From positions 201,562,001-201,626,000 of the forward strand of contig OZ024742.1 of assembly GCA_964016885.1 (NCBI GenBank): a stretch of 64,000 bases of DNA, in the 5' to 3' direction. Numbering within the stretch: position 1 is the stretch's first letter; each line of letters starts with the position of its first letter. Positions 13,902-28,750 of the stretch are shown in pieces. The position numbers and the translations under genes are program-made. The stretch is from Eledone cirrhosa (lineage: Eukaryota). The notes below the pieces were generated by a model. It ran no database searches and was not told the DNA's origin. It saw only the letters and a program-made list of their open reading frames with translations.

Positions 13902-16900
13902 ATGGCTGTGTTGAGAGTAGGTTGTCTAAATGCGCGTGGTCTGGGCTCACCTTGGAAGCAAGCAATGCTTCTAAATGACCTCAGGTCACGGTGTATATCA
14001 TGTGATGGTTATTTGCGATGCCCGGATCAGCAGCGTACGACAGCTGGCCCCCGCCTTTGATGACTTTGAGATGCACGCATCTCTCTGTCAGCCCAGGGGT
14101 GGGGGTGGGGTTGTCGTTCTGCTGCAAAAACATCTGGGTCTCGCTACACAGACGGTACACTTGGACCCGGAGGGTCGACTAGTGGTTCTGGACCTTGGCA
14201 GTGGTGAAGGCGAAGCTTTCAGGCTGGTCGCCGTCTACGGCCCTTTTGGGTCAACGCAGCCGGACTTCTTCCATCGTCTGGAGACTTTTCTAGGGAGATC
14301 CCGCTCCTTGCTTTTAGTGAGGGACTGGAATTGTATCCTAGATGCACGTTGGGACTATGTAAGAGCATGTCTTGATAGAGGGGGTTGAAACAGCCTCAAG
14401 GGGTCAATCGGCCGATTCGACCTGGCCGATAGATATCAAATAGATTTTCCGACTGTGCCAACCTGGACTTGGACAAACCATAACGGTCAATCTAGATCGT
14501 ACCTATATAGGTTCTTAGTTAGAAATAAGGATAGGGACGTTTTAAGTTGTCCAGAAATGCGCATGGTTGGCTATTCAGACCACAAGTTAGTGACCTCCAA
14601 GGTCAATCTTGATAGAACGCATAGGCAGGGACCCGGTTACTGGAAGCTCCACTTGTCCTTACCGGCAAGTAAAGCTTACAGGGACCGGATTAGTACTTTA
14701 GTTAAGGAGCGGTTGACGAGCGCCATCGTCAACAGCAGGTGGTGGGGCTCTCTCAAAAGAGAGATTAGAGTAGCGGCGTCAATAGAAGTTAGTAAGGAGT
14801 TAGCCTCAGATAGAAATAGGAAGGAAAGGGAGTTGGTAGATAGTGTAGAAGAGGCAATTAAAAGCGGCGACGTAGCCAGAGTGCAAGCGTCGAGAACGGC
14901 CTTGGACCAGTTCTTCGACGCGAAACACGAAGGCTGCGTTCGAAGCAAAATACGTGCTCTGGGAAACTAGGGGACCAAAGCTGTTAGCTGGACCCGCGTG
15001 ACAGAAGCCAAAAGTGGGATTAGATCCACTATCCGGTCTTTGCGAGACCAGGATGGACGGGTGATCCTTGAACCTTAGCAGATGTGCGAGGACTTTCAAA
15101 GGCACTTTGCCCGATTGTTCGGAAGGTGCGAGGGGCCGGATGGGGATGTGGACTTCGGTCCATACCTCGACGGCCTGCCGCGTCTTTCGGACGAGGAGGT
15201 GAAGTCTTGCGAGAGGCCGATCTCAGCTGCTGAATTAGGGGACGTGCTGAGCCAATACGGCAGACGCAAATCTCCGGGCCTCGATGGTCTTCCATACGAA
15301 CTCTATTTAAGTATGCCGGACTTGTTCTTCGATCTCCTCGAGGCGGTCTACTGCAACTGGCAACAGAACGGGAGAATTTCCTATGAGGAAGGACGAGAAC
15401 AAGGGGGATGAAATAAGTAATTTCAGGCCCATAACTCTGCTAAATGCAGAGTTAAAGATTTTGGCCAAGGTGTTAGCAAAGAGGTTGGCGCTTGTCGAGG
15501 GCAACCTGGTGGGAGATGCGCAGACATGCGCCATTCCGTCCAGGTTCATTCACGACAACCTCCACCTCATGTGATACATCATAGAGAGGGTTGGGAACGA
15601 ACCCGGCTTTGGTGGGGCCCTGATCAACTTGGATCAATCCAAGGCGTTCGCTAGGGTCGACCATCGTTACCTGTATGCGGTGTTAGTGGCGGCAGGTTTC
15701 GGATCCGTTTTCAGGGGCTGGATCACTGCCATGCACAGCAGCCGCATCTGCTCTAGGGTCAAGGTGAACAGCTACCTCTTGGAACCGTTCGAAATCACGC
15801 GGTCCATCCGACAGGGATGCCCTCTCTCCTCCCTTCTGTATGTATTGGCCCTAGAGCCACTGCTGCGGAAGTTGGAGTTGTTACAGGGCATCCCTTTGGA
15901 ACCGGGATTGCGGAAAGCGGTGTCGGCCTACGCCGATGACGTGACAGTAATGGTGTCAACCGCCTTGGAAGTCGGGGTGATCGGCACCTTACTGGAGGAA
16001 TCCGAAAAATTTACAGGGGCTAAGCTGAACCGGGACAAGTCAGTCGGTTTGCAACTCGGCGAGTGGAGGGGCAAACCGATGGCCTCCAACGACGTTGTCG
16101 GACGTTGGACGGAGGGCCCGGTGCAGTTGGTCTGGATCGGGCCAGACCTCCAGGTGGAGAAAAACTAGGGTGAGGTATCGAACAGGGTGCTTGCGCTGAA
16201 GCAGAAGTGGGCTGAGTGCAAACTATCCCTGAAAGGTCCGGCGGAGGTGGCTAACGCTTATATAGCGTCCGTCATCTATTACCGCCTGACCGTCGTGCCT
16301 TTCCCAAGGGAAACGCTCACCAAAATGGAGCGCGCACTCTTCCAATTCCTTTGGAAGAAGCGGGCTCCTTTGGTGAGGAGATCCATCTGCTGTCAACACT
16401 CTTCGAAAGGAGGGCTGGGGTTGCCGTGGCTGCTGATGCGTAAACACGCATTAAGGCTACGGCACCTTCAGGTATTCCTCACCGATCAACCGGTGTGGGC
16501 CCCGTTTGTGAGGCGAGCTTTTCCGAGACTCGTATTGCTCACCGAGCTACAGCCCTGGGTCAAGCAAAGACCGAGTGTGCCCAGGCGCTCACGGTTCTCT
16601 GACAGGCGGACCCGGCTATCGGTGGAGACTCCACTTCGTCATTCTATAGAGGGCTGGTGGTTAGTAGGTGCGACGACGCCCTCGGAGAAGCCCTAGGCAT
16701 GGAAGAAGACGAACTGGCCAGCCTATTCGGGAGAACATTTGGCCCGGGACCTATGGAGAACTTCCAGAGGTCCCTGGCCTGGCAGTGCTACCGAGGGGCG
16801 CTGCCCGTTCGAGAAAAGCTCTACAGACACGGGCGCCCGGGTAGGGACCCTCGAAAAAGATCTGTCCCAGATGCGTGCGCGACGAGGAAACCGTTGCACA

Positions 16901-17277
16901 CGCATTGGTACATTGCTCGGGCGTTGCCGATATGTGGGGATATGTCGAACGACTGCTGTCACGGGTAGGACAAATCCGGTTGACCACAGAGTCCTTTGTA
17001 ACGATCAAGCCGCCTCCCCCTTCAAAAATGAAGGAGAGGCGGTCTTCCTCTGTGTAATAGCCATGGTGAAAGAGGTGGTATGGTTGACACGTTTAAAAGT
17101 GCTGCGGGCGGACACTTTCTCTCCGGCCAACAACTGGTCCTTTTCTTTAAATACCATTTTAAGAGAAGGATCAGAATGGAGTGAGAGGAGCTCTACCCCA
17201 GCAAGTTTTATGAAAGGTGGATGAAAGTAGCAAGAATGGCCCGTGTGAATGGGCCTTCTCTCTTTATCAGCCTGTAG
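13902..17277 (+). pseudogene. LINE ORF2: AP endonuclease + reverse transcriptase + C-terminal zinc finger
   Basis: CLNARGL, DWN, SDHK, GYWKL, KSPGLDGLPYELY, FRPITLLN..KILAK, DQSKAF.RVDH, RQGCPLS, AYADDV, GGLGLP, CPRC..EETVAH..HC. Confidence 0.93.
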
Positions 17278-17518
17278 GTGGAAAGGTGGAAGTTCAAAGG
17301 AGCACCCCTCTCTGTGCTCCTAAGGAAAAGGGTTGCACACTTTTTCGGGGGTGTGTGTAACCCCCAAAACGCCTCCTCCCTATTGAGGACTGTATTGTTA
17401 ATTTTATATTTATTTGTTTTTTACTCTTTCCTTTATGTAACGCCCCCCCCCCCCCCCTTGTATTTGTCCCCTTCTTTTGTGCCCTCGTGGCAAATAAATA
17501 GAAATGTATCTATCTATG

Positions 17519-17561
<43 letters not shown>

Positions 17562-17565
17562 TTAT

Positions 17566-18812
17566 GTCGTCCGTCATCTACTACCGCTTGACTGTCGTCC
17601 CTTGTCCCCGTGAATACCTCACCAAGATGGAACGCATGATCTTCCAGTTCCTGTGGAAGAAGCAGGCTCCACTGGTGAGGACCGTCTGCTGTCAACAGCA
17701 TTCCAACGTGGCTAATGATGCGCAAACATGCGCTGAGGCTACGGCATCTTCAGGTGTTCCACATCGACCAACCGGTGTAGGCACCCTTTGTGAGACAGGC
17801 CTTCCCACAACTTGTCTCGCTGACGGAGCTGCAGTCCTGGGACAAGCGAAGACCGAAAACGATGGCCGCCTGGCGCATTGAATGCGCTCAGGCGCTCACA
17901 GTCCTCTGGCAAACGGGTGCAGCAAACAGTGGAGACTCCACTTCGACATTCTCTACAGGGATTGTACGTTACAAGGGCGACGACATGCTCGGAGAGACTC
18001 TAGGCGTCGAAGACGATGAGCTCACCAGTCTGTTTGGTAGGACTTTCCGCCCGGGACCTATGGACAACTTCCAGAGGTCCCTGACCTGGCAGTGCTACCG
18101 AGGAGCTCTACCGGTTCCTTACAAGATCTACAGACACGGACAGGGATCCTTCCAAGGGGACGTGTTCAAGATGCGCGCAGTACATTGAAACCGTCCTGCA
18201 CGCAATTGTACACTACCCGGGCGTAACCAACCTGTGGAACTATGCAGAACAACTGCTGTCGCGTATGGGATAAATACAGTGGACTGCTGAATCCATAGTA
18301 AGGATCAAACCGCCAGCCTCTTTCAAAAACGAAAGAGAGGCGGTTTTCCTCTGTACAGTGGCTATGGTGAAAGAGGTTGTATGGTGGACGAGATTGAGAG
18401 GACTGAGGACAGATGCCTTTCTCTCCGGGCAACAATTGATTCCCTTCTATAAGTATCACTTTAGAAGGAGAATCAGAGTGGAGAGAGAGGCACTGCACCC
18501 CAGTAAATTTACTGAAAGGTGGGTGAATGTGGCAAAAATGGCCCGAGTGATTGGGCTTTCTCTGTTTATAAGCCTGTAGGATAAAGAAGAGAGAAAAAGG
18601 AAGAAAGGAGCACTTGCACAACACGCTCCTGTAGTTGAGGGTTGTTCTATCGACGGGGTATTAAACAACCCATATGTGGTGCCTCCCCCCTATTGGGGAT
18701 TTCGATTGTTGTAATTGTTTGTATATTTTTTACACGACTATATGTAAAATCCCCGCCATGTCTTTGTATTGTCCCCTTTTCTTGTGCCCCCTTGTGGCAA
18801 ATAAAGAAATAT
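17566..18812 (+). mobile_element. Tx1/L1-clade LINE, 5'-truncated (copy 3, diverged subfamily)
   Basis: SVIYYRLTVVPCP...WQCYRGALPV...GLSLFISL and 3' UTR; begins right after (TATC)n. Confidence 0.9.
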
Positions 18813-18829
18813 ATCTCTCTTTATACCTG

Positions 18830-21225
18830 CTCAACGGTTCGGGCAGGGCGGCGCGCCGGGAGGGGCTATGGATTTTGGTCCATACCTCGACGAACTACCG
18901 CGACTCTCAGACAGCGAGGCGAAGTTCTGCGAAAAACCGATTTCAGTTGCTGAGATAGGGGACGCGCTGAGCCAATGCGGCAAACGCAAATCTCCAGGTC
19001 TCGATGGTCTACCCTACGTATTTTACGTAGCAATGCCGGACTTATTCTCCGTCTCCTGGAAGCGGTCTACTGCAAATGGCAGCAGAACGGGAGAATTCCC
19101 AGTTCTGTGACCGGGGGCGTAGTCACACTAGTCAGGAAGGACGAGAATAAGGGGGATGACATAGGCAACTTCCGGCCATAATTCTGCTAAACACAGAGTT
19201 ACAAATTTTGGCCAAGGTGTTGGTAAAGAGGCTGGCGCTTGTCGTTGAGAATCTGGTGGGAGAAGCGCAGACATGCGCAATCCCGACCAGGTCCATACAC
19301 GACAACCTCCACCTCATGCTATACATCATAGAGAGGGTAGGATGTAAACCTGGCTTCGGTGGGGCCCTGATCAACTTGGATCAGTCTAAGGCTTTCGATA
19401 GGGTTGACCATCGTTACCTGGAAGCGGTGCACGAGGCGGCAGGTTTCGGACCCGTGTTCAGCGGCTGGATTGCTGCAATGCATAATAGCAACATCTGCTC
19501 AAGGGTCAAGGTGTAGGGCTACCTGTCGCGATCCATTCGACAGGGATGCCCTCTCTCCTCCCTTCTGTACCTTATGACTCTCGAGCCACTACTGCGGTAG
19601 TTGGAGCTATTGCAGGGAATCCCTCTGGAACCGGGACTGCGGAAAGCGGCGTCGATCTACGCCCACGAGGTGACAGTAATGGTGTCGAGCACCTCGCAAA
19701 TCGAGGAAGTCGGCACCTCAATGAAGGAATACGAAAGGTTCACAGGAGCGAAGCTGAACCGGGACAAGTCCATCGCTTTGCAGCTCGGATCGTGGAGGGG
19801 CAGACCGACGCTCTCCGATGGCGTCGTCGGACGCTGGACGGAAGGACCGGTGGAGAAGAACTGGAACGAGGTGACGGCCAAGGTGTTTGCACTCACCCAG
19901 AAATGGGCCGAGTGCAAACTATCCTTGATAGGTCGAGCGGAGGTGGCGAACACTTTTATAGCGTCCGCCATCTACTACCGCTTGACCGTCGTACCTTGTC
20001 CTGCCAAAACGCTCACCAAAATGGAGCGCGCGCTCTTTCAATTTCTTTGGCGGAAGCGGGCTCCTTTGGTAAGAAGGTCCATCTGCTGCCAACACCATTC
20101 CAAAGGGGGGCTGAGATGCCATGGCTGATGATGCGCAAACACGCGCTCAGGCTGCGGCATCTCTACGTATTCCTCACCGGACAACCGGTGTGGGCCCCGT
20201 TCGTGAGGCGAGCCTTCGCACTACTCGTCTGACTGACCGTGCTGCAGTGCTGGGTTAAGCAAAGACCGAGGAAAATGAGCGACTGGCACATCGAATGTGC
20301 TCAGGCGCTCACAGCCCTCTGGCAGGCGGACACGGCGATCAGTGGAGACTCCACTTCGTCATTCTATAGAGGGTTGATCCGCAGCAAATGCGACGACGCG
20401 CTCGCTGAAACTAGGCGTAGCGGAAGAAGAACTGGCCAGTCTGTTCGGTAGGACCTTCCTCCTGGGACCGATGGACAACTTCCAAAAGTCCCTGGCCTCG
20501 CAGTGCTACCGAGGAGCTCTACCAGTTCGAGACAATCTCTACAGACATGGGCACCCAGGCAGGGACCCTTCGAAAAAGATCTGTCCGAGCTGCGTGCGAA
20601 ACGAAGAAACCGTCGCGCACGTATTCATACAGGCCCTTTGGGGCTATGTAGAACGACTATTGTCGCGGGTGGGACCAATCCGGTTGACCACCGAGTCCAT
20701 TGTCATGATCAAACCGCCACCATCCTTCAAAAACAAAGGAGAGGCTGTTTTCCTTTGTGTGATAGCTATGTCGAAAGAGGTTGTATGGTGGAGAAGGTTG
20801 AAAGAGTTGAGGTCAGATTCCATTCTATCCGGCCAACAACTGATTCTTTTTTTCAAATGCCACTTTGGGAGAAGAATCAGGATGGAGAGAGATGTGCTGT
20901 ACCCCAGCAAGTTTTATGAAAGGTGGGTGAAAGTGGCGAGAATGGCTCGAGTGAATGGGCCTTCTCTCTATATCAGCCTGTGGGTTGAGGAAAAAGAGGA
21001 AGAGAGGAAAGTGGTACAAACTTTTCGTACTCCTGGAGATGAGGGTTGCACATTTTTTCGTGGGTATGTGTTACCCACATGTAATGTCTCCCCCTATTGG
21101 GGAAAATCGACTAACTTTTAAATTGCCTTTGTGATAATATTTTACCCATTTTTATTGTATGTAATCTTCCCCCTTTGTATTTGTCCTCTTCCCTTTGGGC
21201 CCCTGTGGCTAATAAAGAAACATAT
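18830..21225 (+). mobile_element. Tx1/L1-clade LINE, 5'-truncated (copy 4)
   Basis: KSPGLDGLPY, DQSKAFDRVDH, CPSC..EETVAH; 3' end followed by degenerate TCTA repeats. Confidence 0.9.
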
Positions 21226-22367
21226 CTATCTTCTTGTCTTTCCATCTTTCTATCTGTCTGTCTATATATCTACCTACACTTCTCTATAGCTGTCTATCTT
21301 CATACATTTCTCTCTATCTATCTCATCACAGACATAGAGACAGACAGACTCACAGACATACAGGAAGATAAATGTATATATATAGAGATAACACGATCAG
21401 CCTAATTTAATGGATATATGATTGATAATGATTAAAGTAAATATGAATGAAAATTATGTTAATGGATTTGAATGAATTTAAAATAAAACAGGGATGTCTG
21501 GATTGTCATGGATTTACACATAGAAACATGCAATCAAGAAATTATTAAATTAATATTCTTTACCGTCATTTTTTACAGGTACTAGTATATAAATAAGCAG
21601 AAACGTACACACATTCTTCATAGAAAATAAAAACTATGACTATATACTATACGTTTAAGAAATATTGTAGCGAGAGATAGATAGATAAAGAGATTGAGAG
21701 ATAGACAGACACAGAGACAAGGGTGGGGGTGACTGAGAAAGTCCCAGAGGTAAGTAGAATACAAAAGATGAATATAAATGGACGAATTGTGTTCCTCTTT
21801 GGTCGCCATGAAAACAGAACGACCGTACATCTAGCATACATCTAAGTTACACTTCCGAACGAAGTCTCTGCTTCGATTGCTTTTTTTATTCATTTTATTC
21901 TTCTCTAAGACGTCGTCATCTTATTTCCAGTACCCTAAGGCATTAGCGTACTCTCCTCACATCATTAAGGACTTTTATTGACAAGGGAACAATAATTTGA
22001 AAATTTTGTTTCTGGTAAGCGATTTAAGATGGCGGAAACGAATTGTTTCAGCAGACAAACATTCGCCATTGAAATCCAAATACTACCTTGAAGGAAGTCT
22101 AATTTTTATATTACAGAATCATAATAAGATGAATTAAGAGCGGAACCTGTTTCAATATAATATAAATTCGCATATTTAGCTTCCAGGTTATTTCCTTATA
22201 AAATACTCGTAAATTTGGAGTGATTATATTGGTTTATAACGCTATTTCACTTTTCGTTTACATTATATGGCTTTTCACAGAATCAGACAGCAACGTAAAT
22301 ATCATTTTCTTGTACGACATGTGTTTCAAATAACCTGTTTTCTATGGTATACAGATCTCATCAAACA

Positions 22368-22454
<87 letters not shown>

Positions 22455-22456
<2 letters not shown>

Positions 22457-22648
22457 CAACAAAGAAAGTGTGGCAAGAAACCTGGTGGAGCAAAACGTAC
22501 TCGATATTTAGGGTTGTACAGTGGGTAATAGAAAACGAGTCAGGACCCCGGCGACTGAGCTCCGGCCCTTAGAACAGCTAGATCCGAACTCGGATCTAGC
22601 TATCGAAACGACGGCCGAAGCTGACCCGTCGATGTCCTAACTCTTTTC

Positions 22649-22655
<7 letters not shown>
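22455..22655. mobile_element. Tail-to-tail pLTR remnant related to PLE family B with degenerate HHR (22561-22637, +)
   Basis: 22475-22560 resembles the reverse complement of the family B pLTR tail; then ccc-TTAGAA-cagctagatccg/cggatctagcta-tc-GAAA-cg..cg-TC; flanked by (TA)n. Confidence 0.55.
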
Positions 22656-22695
<40 letters not shown>

Positions 22696-22736
22696 CGAAA
22701 TCTAAGTCAATTGCATGAACTCATAGTCCTTTATTT

Positions 22737-22792
22737 ACTTCTATATATATTTCGATGATAGCCATTGAATGGCTATGACCTCATCAGGCAGT
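22737..22792 (-). ncRNA. Hammerhead ribozyme type I
   Basis: actgc-CTGATGA-ggtcATAGCCATT c AATGGCTATcatc-GAAA-tatata-TA-gaagt (one stem I mismatch). Confidence 0.72.
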
Positions 22793-22846
22793 TAGTTAGT
22801 TCTTAGATATGCCAGCTCTGTGTTTATGGTATCAGAGCCTTGGGAC

Positions 22847-22915
<69 letters not shown>

Positions 22916-23515
22916 TTCTTTTTATTTATTATATATATGTAGTATTACTATCTAAGAGAACAAAGAACCAGTAGTGTTGCATCATATACATATTTAATTT
23001 CATATTACTTATGTTTCCCTGCCGATCAACTCGAGGAACGATCTATTGATGATCGAACCTGACTCTGGAATCGGAAGCTCCTCACATTTTTTTCACATGT
23101 AAACTAGCGTCTGAGAGAGGTTGAATATTATCCCGATTCCTTCTTATATGCCACCGTTTTCACTTGTTGGTTTGATTTCGTTCAGATCACAGCTGAAGGG
23201 TTGTTATAATTTAGCGGCTATTATCGCCATCTCGGTCAAGTTGTACGTATCCATGCGTGTCGACCCGTCTGCCTCACTTCCGCTGACACATTGTTTGAAG
23301 TAAACATTAAGGAAGTAAGGCATTACAAGAATGCAGGGGTGATGAAATGTACAGGGGTAAAGGAATTAAAATACAAAAACAAAAAAAAAACACACACACA
23401 CACACATATATACACACACATACATATACACTCATATATATACACATGTACATATACAAACACATATGTATACACATATATATATATACACACACATATA
23501 CATACTGTCACACAT

Positions 23516-23573
<58 letters not shown>

Positions 23574-23722
23574 GCATATATACACATACATCTACATACA
23601 TATATACGTACATACACACATATATATATACACACACATACATATATAGACATATATAAACATATATATACACACCCATACATACATACATACATACATA
23701 CATACATACATACATACATACA

Positions 23723-23758
<36 letters not shown>

Positions 23759-24144
23759 TATATATTCCCTTGCCGGAATTAACACGTGATAACTATAGAT
23801 AATATTAGCAGCCATCCGAGCTGCAACATATAATTTATCACTCCGGTTCTAAGCAGAACGAAAACCTGTTGATAAACTGAATCCTCTGTTCGATCACCAA
23901 TACCATGAGCTTACCATTCACGTAAGTCTGATATTTGATTTCGGATTCAAAGAAACACTTTAAACGATTGTTCGTTTGATTTGTCCAGGTGTACTTTTCT
24001 CAACCTGATTAGTTCTATCGATGCTTTGGTATGTATTACTTGCAAACCGCCAGAGATTCGATTTTACTGATTTCCAATTATATATATATATATTACAAAA
24101 TAACAGGAGGCATGTACTGGTGTAAATCCTTGAAAGGTTTATTA

Positions 24145-24199
24145 TACTATGACATTTCAATGACCGGATTCAGTATGAATCCGGTGACATCATCAGGTA
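24145..24199 (-). ncRNA. Hammerhead ribozyme type I
   Basis: tac-CTGATGA-tgtcACCGGATTCA tac TGAATCCGGTcatt-GAAA-tgtca-TA-gta, then AATAAA. Confidence 0.72.
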
Positions 24200-25189
24200 A
24201 TTCAAAATATAACGAAGGAATATAGCAGATAAAAATCCATGGTGTTTAAATTAGAGATAAGAGGGCGGCCGGTATTTTAGTAACTTGTATCTACGTCGAC
24301 CGCCCTCAAGTGCTGATAATTGGGTTAAGATACTACCTTATGTTGTGGGGGCGTAAGCATTTAATGTACTACTACCATCCCGTCAGATGGAAGTGTCAGC
24401 GCTGAGGTCACGCGTCAATCAGGCTGGTCAGGCATGTTCAATATTGCCGCGAAATATGTTTTTTCAAGGACAAACATACATAGAGATTAAAAAGGGAGAG
24501 AGTGTGTGTGAATGAAAAAGAGATAGGGAGTGTCAGAGAGAATAAAACAGAGAGAATTGTAGCAGAATGAAAAACAGAGAGATTGACTGGGAGAGTGAGA
24601 AATAGAGAAAGTGTTCCCTGATATAGAGAGAAGGTGACAATTAACATAAGGAGGCTTTTATGAAGAAGTTTAGGTGTTATATATATAGTCACGATAAATT
24701 ATCAGGGTAGTATATATAGTAAAAATATGCCCGTGCGACGACTGCGGGTCCCGCGCTAGCCACCTCCTCCCACGTGCCAGCTGTTCCGAGTAATATCGTC
24801 TAGCGAAAGAAATGGAAATTAGTTTTTCCGAGCACTCCAGGAATGTAGCTGTCTTAGGCGTCGGTTGTGCCAGCGCGGAGCCCCCCCCCCCTACAGAAAT
24901 TTGTTCGTTCAGTTTTGCCTTTAAGCAGCAATCTGTTATATTTTAAAATATGGAATAATTCCATATTGCAAAGTTTACAATGGGACATGCCTATTCTATA
25001 GGCAATTGCCGTCGACAACTTCACCCAGCTAATTCTGTATTCCTGGTTTGTATCTTTGAGCTGCCAATTTTCTGTAGACATAAAACGGCGATCAAATTCG
25101 ATAATATCAGACCAACTTAATTCATCCCATCTATTCCATAATTCAAATTGTACCACCTGAATCTATTATAATAACCTATTATCATTATT

Positions 25190-25377
25190 CGGTGGATTGG
25201 TAGTATCGGTAGAGGGTCGGACGCCATGCTTTCCAGCATAGTTACGTCCCTTTACGATATGAGTTCAAATCCCGCCGAGGTTGACTTTGCCTTTCATCCT
25301 TACGGGGTCGATAAAATAAATGCACTGGGATAATTGCTGGCCTTGTGCCAAAAGTATAAACAATTATTATTATTATT
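25190..25377 (+). mobile_element. tRNA-derived SINE, copy 2
   Basis: Same A/B boxes and central domain as 1044-1229; (ATT)n tail. Confidence 0.85.
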
Positions 25378-25999
25378 GTCATCAACTGTCAATGAACCAA
25401 CCTTGTATATTTTATATTTTCTCTCTTTCCCTTTCTATCTTTCTATTTCTTTCCCTAAATTTATTTCATCTCTTACTTTATATCTTATCGTATTATTTTC
25501 ACTTCTAATATAACTTACAATTAATTAATTATTTAATTAATTTATTAATGTAACTAATACATACATGAATATATTTAACATTTTCATGTTTATACCATCA
25601 TATATTTATATTTTAACCATCAACACCACAACTACTCTCAATAATCATACTATGTTTACTTTTCTTCGCACACATAATTCTTTTTAATTTATTTTTTATC
25701 ACATTTTGTATTATTATTATTCATCTTCGTTACAACTTATTTATTAACATTTATTCATTTATTATTATTATCTTTATTATTTTTTCTTTCTATTTTTCTT
25801 TTTTCTTTTTCTTTATCTTTTATCTTTTTTCTTCATCCTTTTCTCTTCTTTCCTTTTTCTCTCTGTCTTTTTTCTCTATATCTTTCTCTTTTTTTCTTCT
25901 TTCCCTCTCTTTTCTCTTTTTTTCTCTCTTTCATTTTGCTCCCTCTTTCTTTATTAATGATGTTGTAATTTGAATTCGTAAACGCTGAGCATATTTTTA

Positions 26000-26115
26000 A
26001 CAGTCCCTTCTGATGATCTGGTTAAGCTAACATCGTATTTAAATTTGAGTGACACAGCTTCAAGTGTTCAACAATTTTTAGACAAATTAATCAGTGAAAC
26101 AATTGTTAATACTGT
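26000..26115 (+). ncRNA. Hammerhead ribozyme type I with ~80 nt stem II domain
   Basis: acagt..tt-CTGATGA-tCTGGTTAA...TTAATCAGt-GAAA-CAATTG-TT-aa.actgt, then AATAAA. Confidence 0.68.
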
Positions 26116-26163
26116 AAATAAACCCCTTTTTTGTACTGTTGCCCATGTTATTCTCCACTCTTT

Positions 26164-26199
<36 letters not shown>

Positions 26200-26274
26200 T
26201 TACGGTAAATATTGATGCAATTCAATTCAAGCACTCAACGTACTCTTTCCACATAGGAATAACGGAGTATATTT

Positions 26275-26694
<420 letters not shown>

Positions 26695-26714
26695 CGCGCA
26701 TGTGTGTAAGTAAA

Positions 26715-26872
26715 GGAAGGGCTTCTGCAGTTTATGTCAACCGAATCCCATTCATAGCCTTTCCGTCAGACCGAGACTACATGACCAGCAGACAGTGAGA
26801 CAAGGCTACCCTCAAAGTGATGCACCTAGAAGCACGTTGTTGCGAAGCAAACTCCTTAGATACAAAACCAAT
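26715..26872 (-). mobile_element. Decayed SINE fragment of a second family
   Basis: Resembles from memory the reverse strand of a common octopus tRNA-SINE (..TTGCGAAGCAAACTCCTTA..CA). Confidence 0.35.
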
Positions 26873-27356
26873 ACCTAGACGATTATAAATCTTTGTTCTT
26901 CAAACTTTTTCAGAACAACGTATTTGTATCCTCAGGAATTATTTTGTTCTGAACGTTGGCTATGTCTATAGGAGATATTTAATGCATTTGGCATGCATTT
27001 GCATATAATATTGAATATGACATTTATTTGCATATAATAATGCATATGAAATGCCTTATTAACATAAATTGATTCAGTATCAATTCATCGTGTTGCACAC
27101 AGAAATATATTATGGAGGAAAGTTATGTTTGAAGATATGTTTGCGAATGAATTTATCACGGTCAGTCTTGTGGAAATCCATACAGGAGAGATTGACACAC
27201 ATACACTCTGTTGTACACACAAACACGCATAAACACTCACAAAAACACTCATACAAACAACCAGCAACGCATATATATGTATATATACGTAGAGATATAC
27301 AGGTGTATACACATATTAAAATATGTAAACAACACACACACACAAACACACACACA

Positions 27357-27705
<349 letters not shown>

Positions 27706-27933
27706 TATATATATAAATATATATATATATATGATGATGATGATAAATAAAAACAAAGAATCAGTATTGTATCATATACATATTTAATTACATTTAACAT
27801 AGGTATAACTGACGATCAGCTCGAGCAACGGTCGAAAAGTGTTCGTTCCTGACACTAGAATCAGAAGTTCGTCAGATGTGTGTCCTCACATCTACACACA
27901 CGTCCAAAAAGAGAAAAAACTGCACCTCTGCTA

Positions 27934-28000
<67 letters not shown>

Positions 28001-28437
28001 TACCCTAGTAATTAAAGAATGATTAGCGACTCGTTATGTAAAGAGACGATTTCACGGGATAATGTGCTTACTTAGTAGATGGGTTTAGATATTCAACTGT
28101 TATTTTTTTTTATCGGCTGATGATGTTTGGAGTTTATACAGCGGTGGGATATTCAGATATTAAAAAAAAGCTTATAAGGCGTGCTTGTTCATATATATAT
28201 ATATATATATATATATGAAGATGAAGGGACTTGTTATTTTTCTCTAAAACAACTCTTTCAATTCCGCTTAACATTTTTGTCGGCGCTCACTTGGCACTTC
28301 GTGCTTTCATCACGCGCAAATCCGGGCCTGTGTACGTTGCCGTTTTATTGACACCGTAGAACTCACATCTGTGCTACTTCTACTAAGACCACTTTTGTTG
28401 CACCTACACCGCAGTATGAACGCCCTGGGCAAGTAGG

Positions 28438-28750
28438 TCGAACAGCGGTTGTGCTAATTCCGCGGTGACCCCTTTTGTCGCACCTTTGTTGCTGTGTTGC
28501 GAATCTATAAAACTCGAAAAATACCTAAACGATGTTCTCCAAATGGAAGATAAATCATACTCTAAGATTTAGTACGCTTAAAGAATATCCGGCTGATTTT
28601 CGGCTAGGTACTTTTCGAGTTTTATAGATTCGCAACACAGCAACAATAGAGCGACAAAAGGGGTGACCACGGAATTAGCACAACCGCTGTTCGATATTTC
28701 TAATTTCTCTTTCTTTTTTCTGATGAAGTCCTAACGCCCGAAACGTTAAG
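28438..28750. repeat. ~95 bp inverted repeat (28438-28532 / 28600-28694) followed by degenerate minimal HHR (28715-28750, +)
   Basis: Arms read directly; tt-CTGATGA-agtcctaacgccc-GAAA-CG-TT-aa with damaged stem II. Confidence 0.65.

Larger units (their letters stand above)
11779..17505 (+). mobile_element. Tx1/L1-clade LINE, near full length, decayed (copy 2)
   Basis: 5' UTR, ORF1 with CCHC knuckle, ORF2 APE-RT-Zn, 3' UTR with AATAAA followed by (TATC)n. Confidence 0.9.

Noticed and set aside
24735-24892. GC-rich island with imperfect inverted ends, considered as an HDV-like ribozyme
   Set aside because: CGCTAG/CTAGCG can pair, but L3 is too long and P1 and the C-N-R-A junction are missing; origin unknown.
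26898-26938. Minus-strand CTGAGGA...GAAA with 3 bp stem I
   Set aside because: Stem II register does not fit; too weak.
28117-28175. CTGATGA with a plausible stem II
   Set aside because: GAAA is replaced by TAAAA and there is no stem I/III; possibly a dead HHR but not supportable.
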